In this document: one piece after another, positions 53,975-63,074 of the stretch | Numbering within the stretch: the stretch's first letter is position 1 | Layout: every line of letters begins with the position of its first letter | Assembly: GCA_036389395.1 (NCBI GenBank) | Contig: DASVPY010000087.1 | Span: 1,774-65,773, forward strand | Reading direction: 5' to 3' | Source of the DNA: Pyrinomonadaceae bacterium | GTDB lineage: Bacteria > Acidobacteriota > Blastocatellia > Pyrinomonadales > Pyrinomonadaceae | DNA length: 64,000 bases | Notes under the pieces: generated by a model | Seen by the model: only the letters and a program-made list of their open reading frames with translations | Databases searched by the model: none | Told to the model about the DNA's origin: nothing | Program-made: the position numbers and the translations under genes

Positions 53975-56911
53975 ATGACACGCCACACTCAACCGCAAGT
54001 CCGCCACACGGCGCTCGTCGTCGGCGCTTACACGCTGCTCTACACGCTCTTCTTCGCGCCCGTCCTCTTCTCTGAACGCCTGCTCGCGCCGGGCGACGGC
54101 ATCATCTACTTCCTGCCGAACTTCGCCGCGCCGCGCGCCCTCTGGGACGCGCACACGTGGGGCGGCTTCGCGGCGGTCGGCGACGCGCAGTTGATGCTCT
54201 GGTATCCGCCCGCGATCTTGTTCTCACTCCTCGGCGCGAAGGCTTACGAGCCGTTCGTCGTGGCGGCTTACGTGCTCGCCAGCGCCGGCGCATACGGCTA
54301 CGTCTACACGCGCACGCGCGCGCGCCTCGCGGCGGCCGTCGGCGGCACGACCTACGGGCTGTGCGCCTTCATGGTCGCGCACGTCGGGCACGCCGCCGTC
54401 ATACACACCGCCGCCTGGCTGCCGCTCGTCATCTGGACGCTCGCCGAGTTGCGCCGACGACAAGCCGGTCGCCGCTGGTTCGTCGGCGCGGCGCTTGTGG
54501 TCGCACTCTCGGCGCTCGCGGGTCACCCGCAGATGTTCGCTTACACGTTGACGCTGGCGGGCTGCTTCGCGCTCGTCAACGGCTGGCGCGCGGAGTGCGG
54601 GCGCTGGCGCTACTACGCGCGCGCGGCCGCGGCGGTCGCCATCGGCGTCGGCCTCGCCGCCGTGCAACTCTGGCCGACGGCGGAACTGGCCGCGCAGAGT
54701 TGGCGCGCGGCGCTCGACTTCGGGGAGTTCGTCGCCTACTCGCTGCCGCTCAGGCAAGCGCCGGTGCTGCTGTTCCCTTACCTCTACGGCGGCGCGCCGG
54801 GCACGCTCTACGGGCTGCCTTACTTCGGCGCGTGGCCGTCGAGCGCGGACGGCTGGGGGGCGGGCGAGTTGAGCGGCTACGCGGGGCTGCTGCCGCTCGT
54901 GTTGGCGTGCGCGGGCTTCATCACTAAAAGACGCACGACCGAGGCGCGCTTCTGGCTCGCCGTCGCGGCGGTCGCGTTCCTGCTCGCGCTCGGCGACGCG
55001 ACGCCGCTCGCGCGCCTCGTCTACCAACTGCCCGTGCTCGACAAGTTCCGCGTGCCCGCGCGCCACTACCTCGAACTGACGTTCGCCGTCTGCGTGCTCG
55101 CGGGCGACGGCGTCGGCGCGCTGCAAGCACAAGCCACACGCAGCAAGCTGCTCGCGCGCGTGTTGCTCGGCGCGACGCTCGCTCTCGTTGTTACCTTGTG
55201 CGGGCTGTGGCTGTTCGCCGGCAAGGTCAACGCGCTCGCGCTCGCGCAACTCAACCGCACCGTCACGCTCAAGCCTTGGGCCAACCCGGCGCTCTACGTG
55301 CCGCTCCTGCTCTTCGTCATCATCGGCGCGGCGCTCGTCTACTGGCAGCACCGGCCCGATGCGCGCGCGCGCGCCGTCCTGCTCCTCGCCGCGCTCGTGC
55401 TCGACCTCGCCAGCTTCGGCTGGTTCTACGAGTGGCACTACCGCGCGCCTTACGAGGCTTACCTCCGTATGCCCGCGGCCGCCGAACCCTTGCGCGCCGA
55501 ACTCGCCGCCACGCACCAACGCCTGCTGCCCGTGCGCGGCGGCACGGGGCGCGTCGCCGAGTTGCCGCCCAACCTCTCCAAGCTCTGGCAACTGCCCAGC
55601 GCCAGCGGCTACGGCCCCTTCATCCCCACGCGCACCAGCCGCCTCCTCACCATGCCGCCCCACGGCAGCGTGGATGAATCGTGGCGCGACCCCGCCAACC
55701 AGGCGCTCGACCTCATGGGCGTCCGCTACGTGCTCCTGCCCGCCGGCGACATTGAGCCGACGACGACCGACGAGCAAGGCGCGCGCTGGGCGTTGAGCGA
55801 CTTCAACGTTGACCTCGGCCAAGGCTGCAACCCGGCCAACCCGCAAACTTACGAGTTCGATCTGCCGCGCCCCGTACACGCCGCCTCGGTCGCGCTCGTC
55901 GGCACGCTCGCCTGCTCCGTCCAGATACCCGACGGGCAGGAGGTGTTACAACTGACGCTCGACGGCGCGGACGGCGGCGACACGACGACGCTCCCTCTGC
56001 GCGCCGGCCAAGACTTCAGCGAGTGGGCCTACGACTGCGCCGACGTGCGCCCCACGATGCGCCACGCCCGCGCGCAGGTCTTTCGCAGCTACCCGGCCGA
56101 CCGCGCAGGCGCGCGCTGCGACGCGCACACCTACGTCAGCCAACGGCTGCCCCTCAACCTCTCCACGCCGCATGATCCCGTCCGCCACGTCGCGCTCCGC
56201 TGGACAGGCCCCGCCGGCACGTTCAGCCTCAGAAAGATCACCTTCTTCGACGACGCGCAGACCTCTTACCCCGTCACCCCGGCCGCGGCAGTGCTCGGAG
56301 ACATGACGCGCTGGCGACGCGCGGGCGAGATCGACGCGGCGCACGCGGGCTACCCGCCGACGGTCAAAGCCGAGGACGTGGGCGCGAGCGTCGTCTACGA
56401 AAACCTGCGCGCACGCCCGCGCGCCTGGCTCGTCTCGGAAGTCGCGCGCGTCTCGGCCGAAGAAGCCTTCAACGCCGCACGCACCTCACGCCTCCCCGAC
56501 GGCCGCGCCTTCGACCCCGCCCGCCTCGCCCTCGTCGAAGAGCCGCCGGACTTCCCACAGCAACAATCTGATCCACAAGCCACCGCCGAAGTCGTGCGCT
56601 TGACCGCGCGCGAACTCGTGGTGCGCGTCTCGTCGCACGCCCCCGCCTTCCTCGTCACCAGCGACACCTACTACCCCGGCTGGCGCGCGTTCATCGGCGA
56701 CGCGCCCGCGCCCCTCTACCGCGCCGACTACGCCCTGCGCGGCACGCCCGTCCCCGCCGGCACACACCTCGTCCGCTTCGAGTTCCGCCCGCGCACCCTC
56801 TACTACGGCGCGGCCCTCAGCGCGCTCTCACTCCTCCTGCTCGCCGCCTACACGCTCAGACCGACGCCCGTAAACCGCCAGCCCCAACAAACTCACGACC
56901 GCAAGGACTGA
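53975..56911 (+). CDS. YfhO-like polytopic membrane protein (putative GT-C-type extracytoplasmic glycosyltransferase), paralog 1 (divergent)
   Basis: 978 aa. N-terminal GDGIIYFLP motif. About 14 hydrophobic helices. C-terminal YYPGWRAFIGD...LRGTPVPAGTHLVRFEFRP plus a terminal TM helix. Confidence 0.7.
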   Translation: MTRHTQPQVRHTALVVGAYTLLYTLFFAPVLFSERLLAPGDGIIYFLPNFAAPRALWDAHTWGGFAAVGDAQLMLWYPPAILFSLLGAKAYEPFVVAAYVLASAGAYGYVYTRTRARLAAAVGGTTYGLCAFMVAHVGHAAVIHTAAWLPLVIWTLAELRRRQAGRRWFVGAALVVALSALAGHPQMFAYTLTLAGCFALVNGWRAECGRWRYYARAAAAVAIGVGLAAVQLWPTAELAAQSWRAALDFGEFVAYSLPLRQAPVLLFPYLYGGAPGTLYGLPYFGAWPSSADGWGAGELSGYAGLLPLVLACAGFITKRRTTEARFWLAVAAVAFLLALGDATPLARLVYQLPVLDKFRVPARHYLELTFAVCVLAGDGVGALQAQATRSKLLARVLLGATLALVVTLCGLWLFAGKVNALALAQLNRTVTLKPWANPALYVPLLLFVIIGAALVYWQHRPDARARAVLLLAALVLDLASFGWFYEWHYRAPYEAYLRMPAAAEPLRAELAATHQRLLPVRGGTGRVAELPPNLSKLWQLPSASGYGPFIPTRTSRLLTMPPHGSVDESWRDPANQALDLMGVRYVLLPAGDIEPTTTDEQGARWALSDFNVDLGQGCNPANPQTYEFDLPRPVHAASVALVGTLACSVQIPDGQEVLQLTLDGADGGDTTTLPLRAGQDFSEWAYDCADVRPTMRHARAQVFRSYPADRAGARCDAHTYVSQRLPLNLSTPHDPVRHVALRWTGPAGTFSLRKITFFDDAQTSYPVTPAAAVLGDMTRWRRAGEIDAAHAGYPPTVKAEDVGASVVYENLRARPRAWLVSEVARVSAEEAFNAARTSRLPDGRAFDPARLALVEEPPDFPQQQSDPQATAEVVRLTARELVVRVSSHAPAFLVTSDTYYPGWRAFIGDAPAPLYRADYALRGTPVPAGTHLVRFEFRPRTLYYGAALSALSLLLLAAYTLRPTPVNRQPQQTHDRKD

Positions 56912-59809
56912 GACGACGGCCCCCTTGCGCGCCGCCGTCGCCGCATAACGCATCTCGACTTTGTGTCGTCCGGCCGGCAGCGCCACGCCCCGCAGCAAGT
57001 AGTCCGTCAACAGGATCGGCCGCGCCGCTCCGTCCACACGCGCCTCCCAGCCCGGATAGAACAACTCACTCACGACCAAGACCGTCGGCGTCTGCGCCTC
57101 CGTCTCGATACTCAAACGCGTCGCCTCGTAGCTCACGACGCGCGCCGTCTGCGGCACGGCCGTCTGCGACGCCGAAGGTTGACCGAGCAAAGCAGGTAGC
57201 TCGTCGGGGCGCACTTCAAGCAGCGCGGTGCGCGCCGGGTCGAATGCGTCCGCGCCCTCGCCGCGGATGCGGCGCAACGCCTCTTCGCCGTCCACCGCCT
57301 CGGCCGCGGTGACGAGCCAGGCGCGGGGCTGGGCGCGCGTGTTGCGGAGGACGAGGATGCCGTCGAAGTCGGCGGCGGACTGCCAGCGTGTGGGATCGGG
57401 TGTGGCGCGCGCGGGGTCGCGCGTGAGCGGCGCGGACTGCGCGCTGCCGGCGTCGTACAGGCTCGCCTTCCAGACGACGAGCGCGGCCGTCTGCGCGACG
57501 TTGCTGATCTCGACGCGGCTGACCCGGCCGCGCCAGCCGAACGCCAGCCGCGCCCAGTAGCGGTGCGCCGCGTAGCCGCCCGTCTCGGCCACCGTGCGGC
57601 TGTCGAAGACGGGCGCGAGTTGATGCTTAATGTTGGCCCGCACGTCCGCGCGCTCGTGCGCCCACTCGGCCGTCTCCACCCCGGCGCGCAGTTCGCGCTC
57701 GACTCGACCGCCGTCCTCCATGAAGACGCGCACGCGCCCCACCGTTTCGCCCTGGGCCACGCCGACCGAGTTGGCCAAAGACGTGACGAGGGCGAGCGTG
57801 CCGGCGGGCGCTGCCGCGGCGGCGAGCGTCGCGGTCGCGCCGGGCGGGAGTTCGATGCCGAGTTCGGCTTGGTCGAGGCCGACGCCTTCGTGCTGTTCGA
57901 GTTGCGCGGCGGGTTGTTGGAACGCTTCGCGGAAGGCGACGACGTGCGTGACGTTGAGCAGATCGAGCACGCGCGCCTCCGGGCCCGTAAAGATGCGCGG
58001 CGGCGCGACGCCTGCGCGCGGGCGCACCGCGTCGTAGTCCACGTCGCCGAGCGCGCGGCTGTAGCGCGTGAGCAGCAGTTGCTCGTAGCCGGCGGCGTTG
58101 TGCAAGCCGTAGGGCGCGGTCTGCGCGAGCACGTCGAAGCGCGGCGCGGCGGCGTTCTCGTCCAGCCCCAGGTTCGCCTGCACGAAGACGCGCCCTTCGG
58201 CGGGCGGGAACTGTTGCAGGTAGCGCGTGGCCGCGCCCGGCGTCGTGAAGCGCGCGCCGGGCTTCGCCGTGCCCGGCCACCACTGCGCGATCAGGATCAG
58301 CGGCTCGGTCATGCAGCCGACGAACAGGGCGCACAGCAACAACGCCGCGCGCACGCGCCCCGCCGCCGCGCGCCGCAGCAGCCACAGGCCGGCACACAAC
58401 GGCACGAAGCTAATGAGTTTCCAACAGACGTAAGCGCGCGTCGTGCCGACCGTCAGACCGAACGGCGCGGCGCGCGCGACCGCGAGCCACCAGAGCACGC
58501 CGACCGTCGCGCTCAACGCGACGAGCAGCGCGGCGTAGCTCAGTCGTCCGCGTGCGGTCGTCGCGTCTCGCGCGTGTGCGCTCAGGGCGTCCCAGCCGTA
58601 GGCGGCGAGGGCGGCGAGGGCGAACGTCCAGACGAAGGCGAGGCGCGAGGGGACGCGGAACAGGTTCAGGACGGGCACGCGGTAGGCGAAGCGGTAGACC
58701 GGCGTGTGCTCGCCGAGCATGAAGACGAAAGCGCAGCCGGCCGCGGCGAGCCAGAAGAGGGCGCGCGGGTCTGGCTCCTTACGCCGGAGCGCGCGCGCGG
58801 CGGCGTAGAGCGCGAGCGCGAGTGCTAACGGCACGACGTAGGTCGTCACGTCTATGTAGTGGTAGAGCGGCGCGAGCGCCGACAGCAAGGCTTCGCGCGG
58901 CGTGAACGAACCCTGGCTGAAGAACTCGTAAGTGATCTCGTGCCGGATGCTGCGCCGCGCCGCGCGCCACGTCTCGAAGAGTTGAAAGCCGGCCACGCAC
59001 GCGCCCAGCGCCAGCCCGCACGCCGCGACGAACGCCGGCCGCCAACGCGCCAGCCTGTGCCGATTGAACACGCGCGAGCTTTCGCGCCCGCGCAAGTTTT
59101 CATGCTCGCTCGTGCCGTCCTTCGCAGATGCGTCTGTCTCTTCCGTCTGCGCCGGCACGAGGGCGAGGAAGAGTGCGTAAGCCACGCCGACGAGCGCGAC
59201 GAGCAGGAAGCTTTGGGCGTGGCCCGTCAGGACGGAGAGCGCGTAAAACCCGCCCGCGCCGGCCACGCAAGCCGAGAGCCGACGCGTGCGCGCGCGCTCA
59301 AGGGCGACGAGGAGGAGCGGCAGCCACGTCATCGCGTTCGTCGGGATGCCGTTCATGCCGAGCGCGTTCGTCGTCAGCCCGCCGTAAGCGAAGGCGAGAC
59401 CGGCGAGCAGCGCGGCGAGTCGGCTCCGCCCCAGCTCGCGCAGGTACGCGTAGGTGAATACGGGCATCAGCAGGAACGGCGCGAGGACGTAGAGTTCTTC
59501 GGCCCAGTGGTCGGGCAGGAAGAGGTGCCCCCAGGTGAGCGGGTAACCGAGACCGAGTTGCGCCATCGCGAGCAGCGGGTAGCCGGAGAGCACGTAAGGC
59601 GTCCAGGTGGGCGGCACGCCCGCGCGGATCATGCGCCACGCGACGGTGCGCATCGGGTAGGTGTAGAAGAACACGTCGCCGCCGATCAGGAAGCGACCGC
59701 TGAGGAGCGCCCAGCCGAACGCCGCACCGAACGCGAGCGCGCACACACCCAGCGCACACGCGTCCACGCGCCGCCGCCGCCACACGTCTCCTAAACGCGC
59801 CGCCCGCAC
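56828..59809 (-). CDS. YfhO-like membrane protein, paralog 2
   Basis: 993 aa. GGDVFFYTYPMRTVAWRMIRAGVPPTWTPYVLSGYPLL. C-terminal FYPGWEARVDGAARPILLTDYLLRGVALPAGRHKVEMRY. Its 3' end overlaps paralog 1 by 84 bp. Confidence 0.7.
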   Translation of the reverse strand: MRAARLGDVWRRRRVDACALGVCALAFGAAFGWALLSGRFLIGGDVFFYTYPMRTVAWRMIRAGVPPTWTPYVLSGYPLLAMAQLGLGYPLTWGHLFLPDHWAEELYVLAPFLLMPVFTYAYLRELGRSRLAALLAGLAFAYGGLTTNALGMNGIPTNAMTWLPLLLVALERARTRRLSACVAGAGGFYALSVLTGHAQSFLLVALVGVAYALFLALVPAQTEETDASAKDGTSEHENLRGRESSRVFNRHRLARWRPAFVAACGLALGACVAGFQLFETWRAARRSIRHEITYEFFSQGSFTPREALLSALAPLYHYIDVTTYVVPLALALALYAAARALRRKEPDPRALFWLAAAGCAFVFMLGEHTPVYRFAYRVPVLNLFRVPSRLAFVWTFALAALAAYGWDALSAHARDATTARGRLSYAALLVALSATVGVLWWLAVARAAPFGLTVGTTRAYVCWKLISFVPLCAGLWLLRRAAAGRVRAALLLCALFVGCMTEPLILIAQWWPGTAKPGARFTTPGAATRYLQQFPPAEGRVFVQANLGLDENAAAPRFDVLAQTAPYGLHNAAGYEQLLLTRYSRALGDVDYDAVRPRAGVAPPRIFTGPEARVLDLLNVTHVVAFREAFQQPAAQLEQHEGVGLDQAELGIELPPGATATLAAAAAPAGTLALVTSLANSVGVAQGETVGRVRVFMEDGGRVERELRAGVETAEWAHERADVRANIKHQLAPVFDSRTVAETGGYAAHRYWARLAFGWRGRVSRVEISNVAQTAALVVWKASLYDAGSAQSAPLTRDPARATPDPTRWQSAADFDGILVLRNTRAQPRAWLVTAAEAVDGEEALRRIRGEGADAFDPARTALLEVRPDELPALLGQPSASQTAVPQTARVVSYEATRLSIETEAQTPTVLVVSELFYPGWEARVDGAARPILLTDYLLRGVALPAGRHKVEMRYAATAARKGAVVSVLAVVSLLGLAVYGRRSERVGGEQEE

Positions 59810-59841
59810 CCTCTTCTCCGCTCCGTGCCTGATTCGGCTGG

Positions 59842-59939
59842 CCTCCGTGCGTCCTCTGTGTGCTCTGTGCCTCTGTGGTGAATGCTGTTGAACCTTAATT
59901 CACCACAGAGGCACAGAGCACACAGAGGACGCACGGAGG
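59842..59939. repeat. Perfect 42-bp inverted repeat (CACAGAGG subfamily, CTGTGGTGAAT...ATTCACCACAG core) with a 14-nt loop
   Basis: The reverse complement of 59898-59939 is identical to 59842-59883 (cctccgtgcgtcctctgtgtgctctgtgcctctgtggtgaat). Confidence 0.9.
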
Positions 59940-59954
59940 ATTGAACTTATGCCA

Positions 59955-62900
59955 TCAACGCTCAAGCCGGGAGGCGCGCCGGTCGTACACGAAGAGCGCG
60001 CACAATGAGACGAGTGCGAGCGCCGAGACGACGGCCCCGTTGCGCGCCGCCGTCGCCGCGTACCGCATCTCGACCGTGTGCCGCCCCGCCGGCAACGCCA
60101 CGCCCCGCAGCAAGTAGTCCGTCAACAGGATCGGCCGCGCTTGTCCATCAACACGCGCCTCCCAGCCGGGGTAGAAGATTTCACTCACGACCAACACGCT
60201 CGGCGTCGGCGCGTCGGTCTCGATCCGCAGCCGCGTCGGCTCGTAGCTGACGACGCGCGCCGCCGTCTGCGCCGGCACTGCGCCCGCGGCGGGCAAGTCG
60301 GGCAGCGCCGCGGGCGCGACCTCAAGCAGCGCGGTGCGCTGCGGGTCGAACTCGTGCGCGCTCTCGCCGCGGATGCGGCGCAACGCCTCTTCGCCGTCCA
60401 CCGCTTCCGCCGCGGTGACGAGCCAGGCGCGGGGCTGGGCGCGCGTGTTGCGTAGTAGCTCGACCTGCTCCTGGTTGTAGACGGTCTGCCAGAACTCGGA
60501 GCGGGCGGCGGCACTGAGCGGCGTGGAGACGCCGGTGCGCGTGTCGTAGACAGATGCACGCCAGACGGCGAGTGCGGCCGTGGGCGACACGTTAATGATT
60601 TCGACGCGACTGATCTTGGCGTGCGCGCCGAGCGCGAGCCGCGCCCAGTAGCGGTAGAACTGGAAGCTGCCCGTCTCGTCGCCCGCGCGTCCGTCGAAAA
60701 CAGGTGCGAGGCCGTGCTTGATGTTGGCGCGCACGTCCGCGCGCTCGTGCGCCCACTCGGCCGTGTCCACGCCCGCGCGCAACTCGCGCTCGAGCATCTG
60801 GCCGTCGTCCGTGAAGACGCGCACGCGCGCGACCGGCTCGCCTTGCGTCGCGCCGACCGAGTTGGCCAAAGACGTGACGAGCGCGAGCGTGTCGGCGGCC
60901 GCGGCCGCGGCGTGCAGTGCGACGGTCGCGCCGGGCGCGACGCTCACGTCGAGTTCCGTGACCGACAGCCCGATCTGGTCGCGGTAGGTGAGCGGGTCTT
61001 CAAACGACTTCAGGTTGGCGAACGTGACGACGTGGCGCACGTTGAGCAGGTCGAGCACGCGCGAGCGCACGGCGAACAGGTCTTCGTTGTGCGCGGGGAA
61101 GCCGGCGCGCGGCGTGACCGAATCAGGCCCGACGCCGCCGAGCGCGCGGCTGTAGCGTTCGAGCACGAGCGGCTCCATGCCGGCCGCGTCGTGCAGGCCG
61201 AAGAGCGCGGGCAGGTTCGGCGCGTCGAGCCGCGGGCGCGCGTTGAACTCTTCGGCGAAGAGGCCGGCGCGCGTGTAGACCCTGCCCTCTTCGGGCGGGA
61301 ACTGTTGCAGGTAGCGCGTCGCGGGCGCGACCAGTTGCAGGCGCGCGGCCGAGAGGCTGAGCAGCCGCCCCCACCAGCACGAGACGACCGCCGCCGGCTC
61401 GGCGAAACAGGCGAGCATGATCGTCGCGCCGAGGAGCGCGTTGCGCACGCGCGCCGCGCGCAGCGTGAAGCACAGAAAGGCGAGCGCGCAGACGACGACG
61501 TTGAAGGCGAGTTTCCAGAGCCAGTAGTAGGCTTCGGGTAGCCCCGTGTAGATCGACGGGTTCGGCACGGGCGGGGCGCTCGTCGCGCGCCACCACAGCG
61601 CGGCGACGACGCAGCCGACGGCGAACAGCAAGAGCGCGACGGCGAGTCGGAAGTTATGACCGCCTCGGCCGTGCGTCGTACTGCCGCCTGCTTCGTCCGC
61701 GGCGCGGCGGCGCGCGCGGAAGTAAGCGGCGGTCGCGTCCCAGCCGTAGGCGGCGAGGACGGCGAGGGCGAGCGTCCACTCGAAGGCGTGGCGCGAGGGC
61801 ACGCGGAAGCTGTTGACGACGGGCACGAGATAGACGAGGCGGTAGAGGGGCGTGTGCGCGCCGAGCATGAGCAGGAACGCCGCGCCGGCCACGGCGACCC
61901 AGAACCAGAGGCGCGCGTCGCGCGGCGTGCGCCCGCGCCACGCGCAGACGATGGCGACCGCGGCGAGCAGCAGCGCGAGCGGCGCGAGGTAGGCGCTCGT
62001 GTCCACGTAATGATAGAGCGGCGCGAGGATCGAGAGCGCGGCTTCGCGCGGCGCGAACGAGCCTTCGCCGAACGCCTCGTAAGAGAGTCCGCTGCGGATG
62101 CTGCGGCGCGCGGCCCGCAAGGCCTCGAACAGTTGGAACGACGCCACGCCCGCCGCCAATAACAGCGCGCCCGCCGCCGTTAATACAGGCCGCCAGCGCG
62201 CTTGTGTGAGCCAAGCCAACTTGCCTGTTCGCGTCGTCTCGTCGGGCGCGCGTCGTGACGCATGATCGGACGCACCTGGTGTCAGTTCATCGGGCGTGTT
62301 CTGCGTCACGTCTTCATGCGTGCCTTGCTTCACGTTCTTAAGCGCGAGGAAGAGACCGTAGGCGAGCGCGAGCAGACCCGTGTAGACGTAGCTCTGCCCG
62401 TGCCCGGCGAGGACGGCGAGCGTGTAGGCGACGGCCGCACGCGGCAGGGCGTGCGCCAACGGGCGCGTGCGCGCGCGCTCGACGTAGAGCAGCACGAGCG
62501 GGGCCCAGAGCGAGCCGTTCGTCAGCATCCCGCTGTTCGAGATGAAGCCGCACATCATGCCGCCGTAAGCGAAGGCGAGACCGGCGAGCAGCGCGGCTAA
62601 GCGACTGCGCCCCAGCTCGCGGCAGTAGGCGTAAGTCAGCAGCGGCGCGAGCAGGAAGGGCGCGAGCACGTAAAGCTGCTCGGCCCAAGGCCCGCGGATG
62701 AAGAGGTAGCCCCACGTCAGCGGGTAGCCGACGGCGACCTGCGACATAGAGAGCAGCGGGTAGCCGGAGAGCACGTGCGGCGTCCAGAGCGGCAGTTGGC
62801 CCGCGCGGATCATGCGCCAGGCGACGGTGCGCAGAGGGTAAGAGTAATAGTAGGCGTCGCCCGCGATGATGAAGCGGTCGCCGAACAGGACGTGCGGGAA

Positions 62901-63074
62901 GAAGGCGACGAAGAAGAGCGTGACGGCGGCGACGACGCACGCGTCCGCGCGCCGCCGCCGCCACAGCGCGCGCCAACCGCGACCGTCAACGACGGCGCGC
63001 CGCGCGTCGCCGCGCACCTCGGCCCGCAACCCTGCGTCGCGCTCTTGTACGTTCATGTCTTCGCGTCTGCTCAC
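59955..63074 (-). CDS. YfhO-like membrane protein, paralog 3 (start GTG 63074 or ATG 63056)
   Basis: 1039 aa. AGDAYYYSYPLRTVAWRMIRAGQLPLWTPHVLSGYPLL. The C-terminal domain is nearly identical to paralogs 2 and 4. Confidence 0.7.
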   Translation of the reverse strand: MSRREDMNVQERDAGLRAEVRGDARRAVVDGRGWRALWRRRRADACVVAAVTLFFVAFFPHVLFGDRFIIAGDAYYYSYPLRTVAWRMIRAGQLPLWTPHVLSGYPLLSMSQVAVGYPLTWGYLFIRGPWAEQLYVLAPFLLAPLLTYAYCRELGRSRLAALLAGLAFAYGGMMCGFISNSGMLTNGSLWAPLVLLYVERARTRPLAHALPRAAVAYTLAVLAGHGQSYVYTGLLALAYGLFLALKNVKQGTHEDVTQNTPDELTPGASDHASRRAPDETTRTGKLAWLTQARWRPVLTAAGALLLAAGVASFQLFEALRAARRSIRSGLSYEAFGEGSFAPREAALSILAPLYHYVDTSAYLAPLALLLAAVAIVCAWRGRTPRDARLWFWVAVAGAAFLLMLGAHTPLYRLVYLVPVVNSFRVPSRHAFEWTLALAVLAAYGWDATAAYFRARRRAADEAGGSTTHGRGGHNFRLAVALLLFAVGCVVAALWWRATSAPPVPNPSIYTGLPEAYYWLWKLAFNVVVCALAFLCFTLRAARVRNALLGATIMLACFAEPAAVVSCWWGRLLSLSAARLQLVAPATRYLQQFPPEEGRVYTRAGLFAEEFNARPRLDAPNLPALFGLHDAAGMEPLVLERYSRALGGVGPDSVTPRAGFPAHNEDLFAVRSRVLDLLNVRHVVTFANLKSFEDPLTYRDQIGLSVTELDVSVAPGATVALHAAAAAADTLALVTSLANSVGATQGEPVARVRVFTDDGQMLERELRAGVDTAEWAHERADVRANIKHGLAPVFDGRAGDETGSFQFYRYWARLALGAHAKISRVEIINVSPTAALAVWRASVYDTRTGVSTPLSAAARSEFWQTVYNQEQVELLRNTRAQPRAWLVTAAEAVDGEEALRRIRGESAHEFDPQRTALLEVAPAALPDLPAAGAVPAQTAARVVSYEPTRLRIETDAPTPSVLVVSEIFYPGWEARVDGQARPILLTDYLLRGVALPAGRHTVEMRYAATAARNGAVVSALALVSLCALFVYDRRASRLER

